From NCBI GenBank assembly GCA_902547535.1, contig CACCOB010000004.1:10713-74712 (forward strand): a stretch of DNA of 64,000 bases, read 5' to 3'. The stretch's first letter is position 1; each line of letters starts with the position of its first letter. Under the pieces are notes generated by a model. The model saw only the letters and a list, made by a program, of their open reading frames with translations. It had not been told where the DNA came from and ran no database searches. Positions 63,827 through 64,000 of this stretch are shown one piece after another. The DNA is from an uncultured Pelagibacteraceae bacterium. GTDB taxonomy: Bacteria; Pseudomonadota; Alphaproteobacteria; Pelagibacterales; Pelagibacteraceae. The position numbers and the translations under genes were made by a program.

Positions 63827-64000
63827 ATGATCATAGAATGTCCTAATTGTAATAAAAAATTCAACCTTGATGAAAAATTAATACCTTATAATGGGAGAAC
63901 TCTTAAATGTAGCTCTTGCAGCCACATATGGCGTTATAAAGTTAGTCTAAATATTGGTAATAATAACAACAAAGTACCTGAAGATAAAAACAATAAATCA
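63827..64000 (+). CDS. MJ0042-type zinc-ribbon protein, N-terminal part (runs off window edge)
   Basis: Manual translation MIIECPNCNKKFNLDEKLIPYNGRTLKCSSCSHIW. Confidence 0.85.
   Translation, partial: MIIECPNCNKKFNLDEKLIPYNGRTLKCSSCSHIWRYKVSLNIGNNNNKVPEDKNNKS

Overview
Very AT-rich, densely packed bacterial chromosome segment with abutting or overlapping genes. Gene content and order point to an alphaproteobacterium, most likely SAR11/Pelagibacterales (inference). Most of it is housekeeping: panC, galU-ugd, topA, plsY-pyrC-pyrB, gatCAB, soxBDAG, dapA-smpB-folK-RSH-pyrE-pdxJ-acpS-lepB-rnc-recO, hemB, rpiB-glyA-nrdR-rib-nusB-thiL, hppA, hom, argC, rplM-rpsI, two metY-family genes, ctaA, plsX, glpX, and three tRNAs (Ser-GCT, Glu-TTC, Pro-TGG). 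The unusual part is about 40.3-48.1 kb. It holds a glycosyltransferase cluster and an intact Cre-like tyrosine recombinase with a perfect lox-like inverted repeat 1 bp from its start codon, overlapping its predicted promoter. It also holds a GC-rich five-hairpin non-coding RNA with a potential kissing-loop pair upstream of a minimal MGMT gene, and a ~520 bp non-coding AT-rich gap. Gene orientation converges on this region. My lead hypothesis is a single-recombinase lox/dif-like chromosome dimer resolution system at the terminus. All calls are by eye; no searches or folding programs were run.
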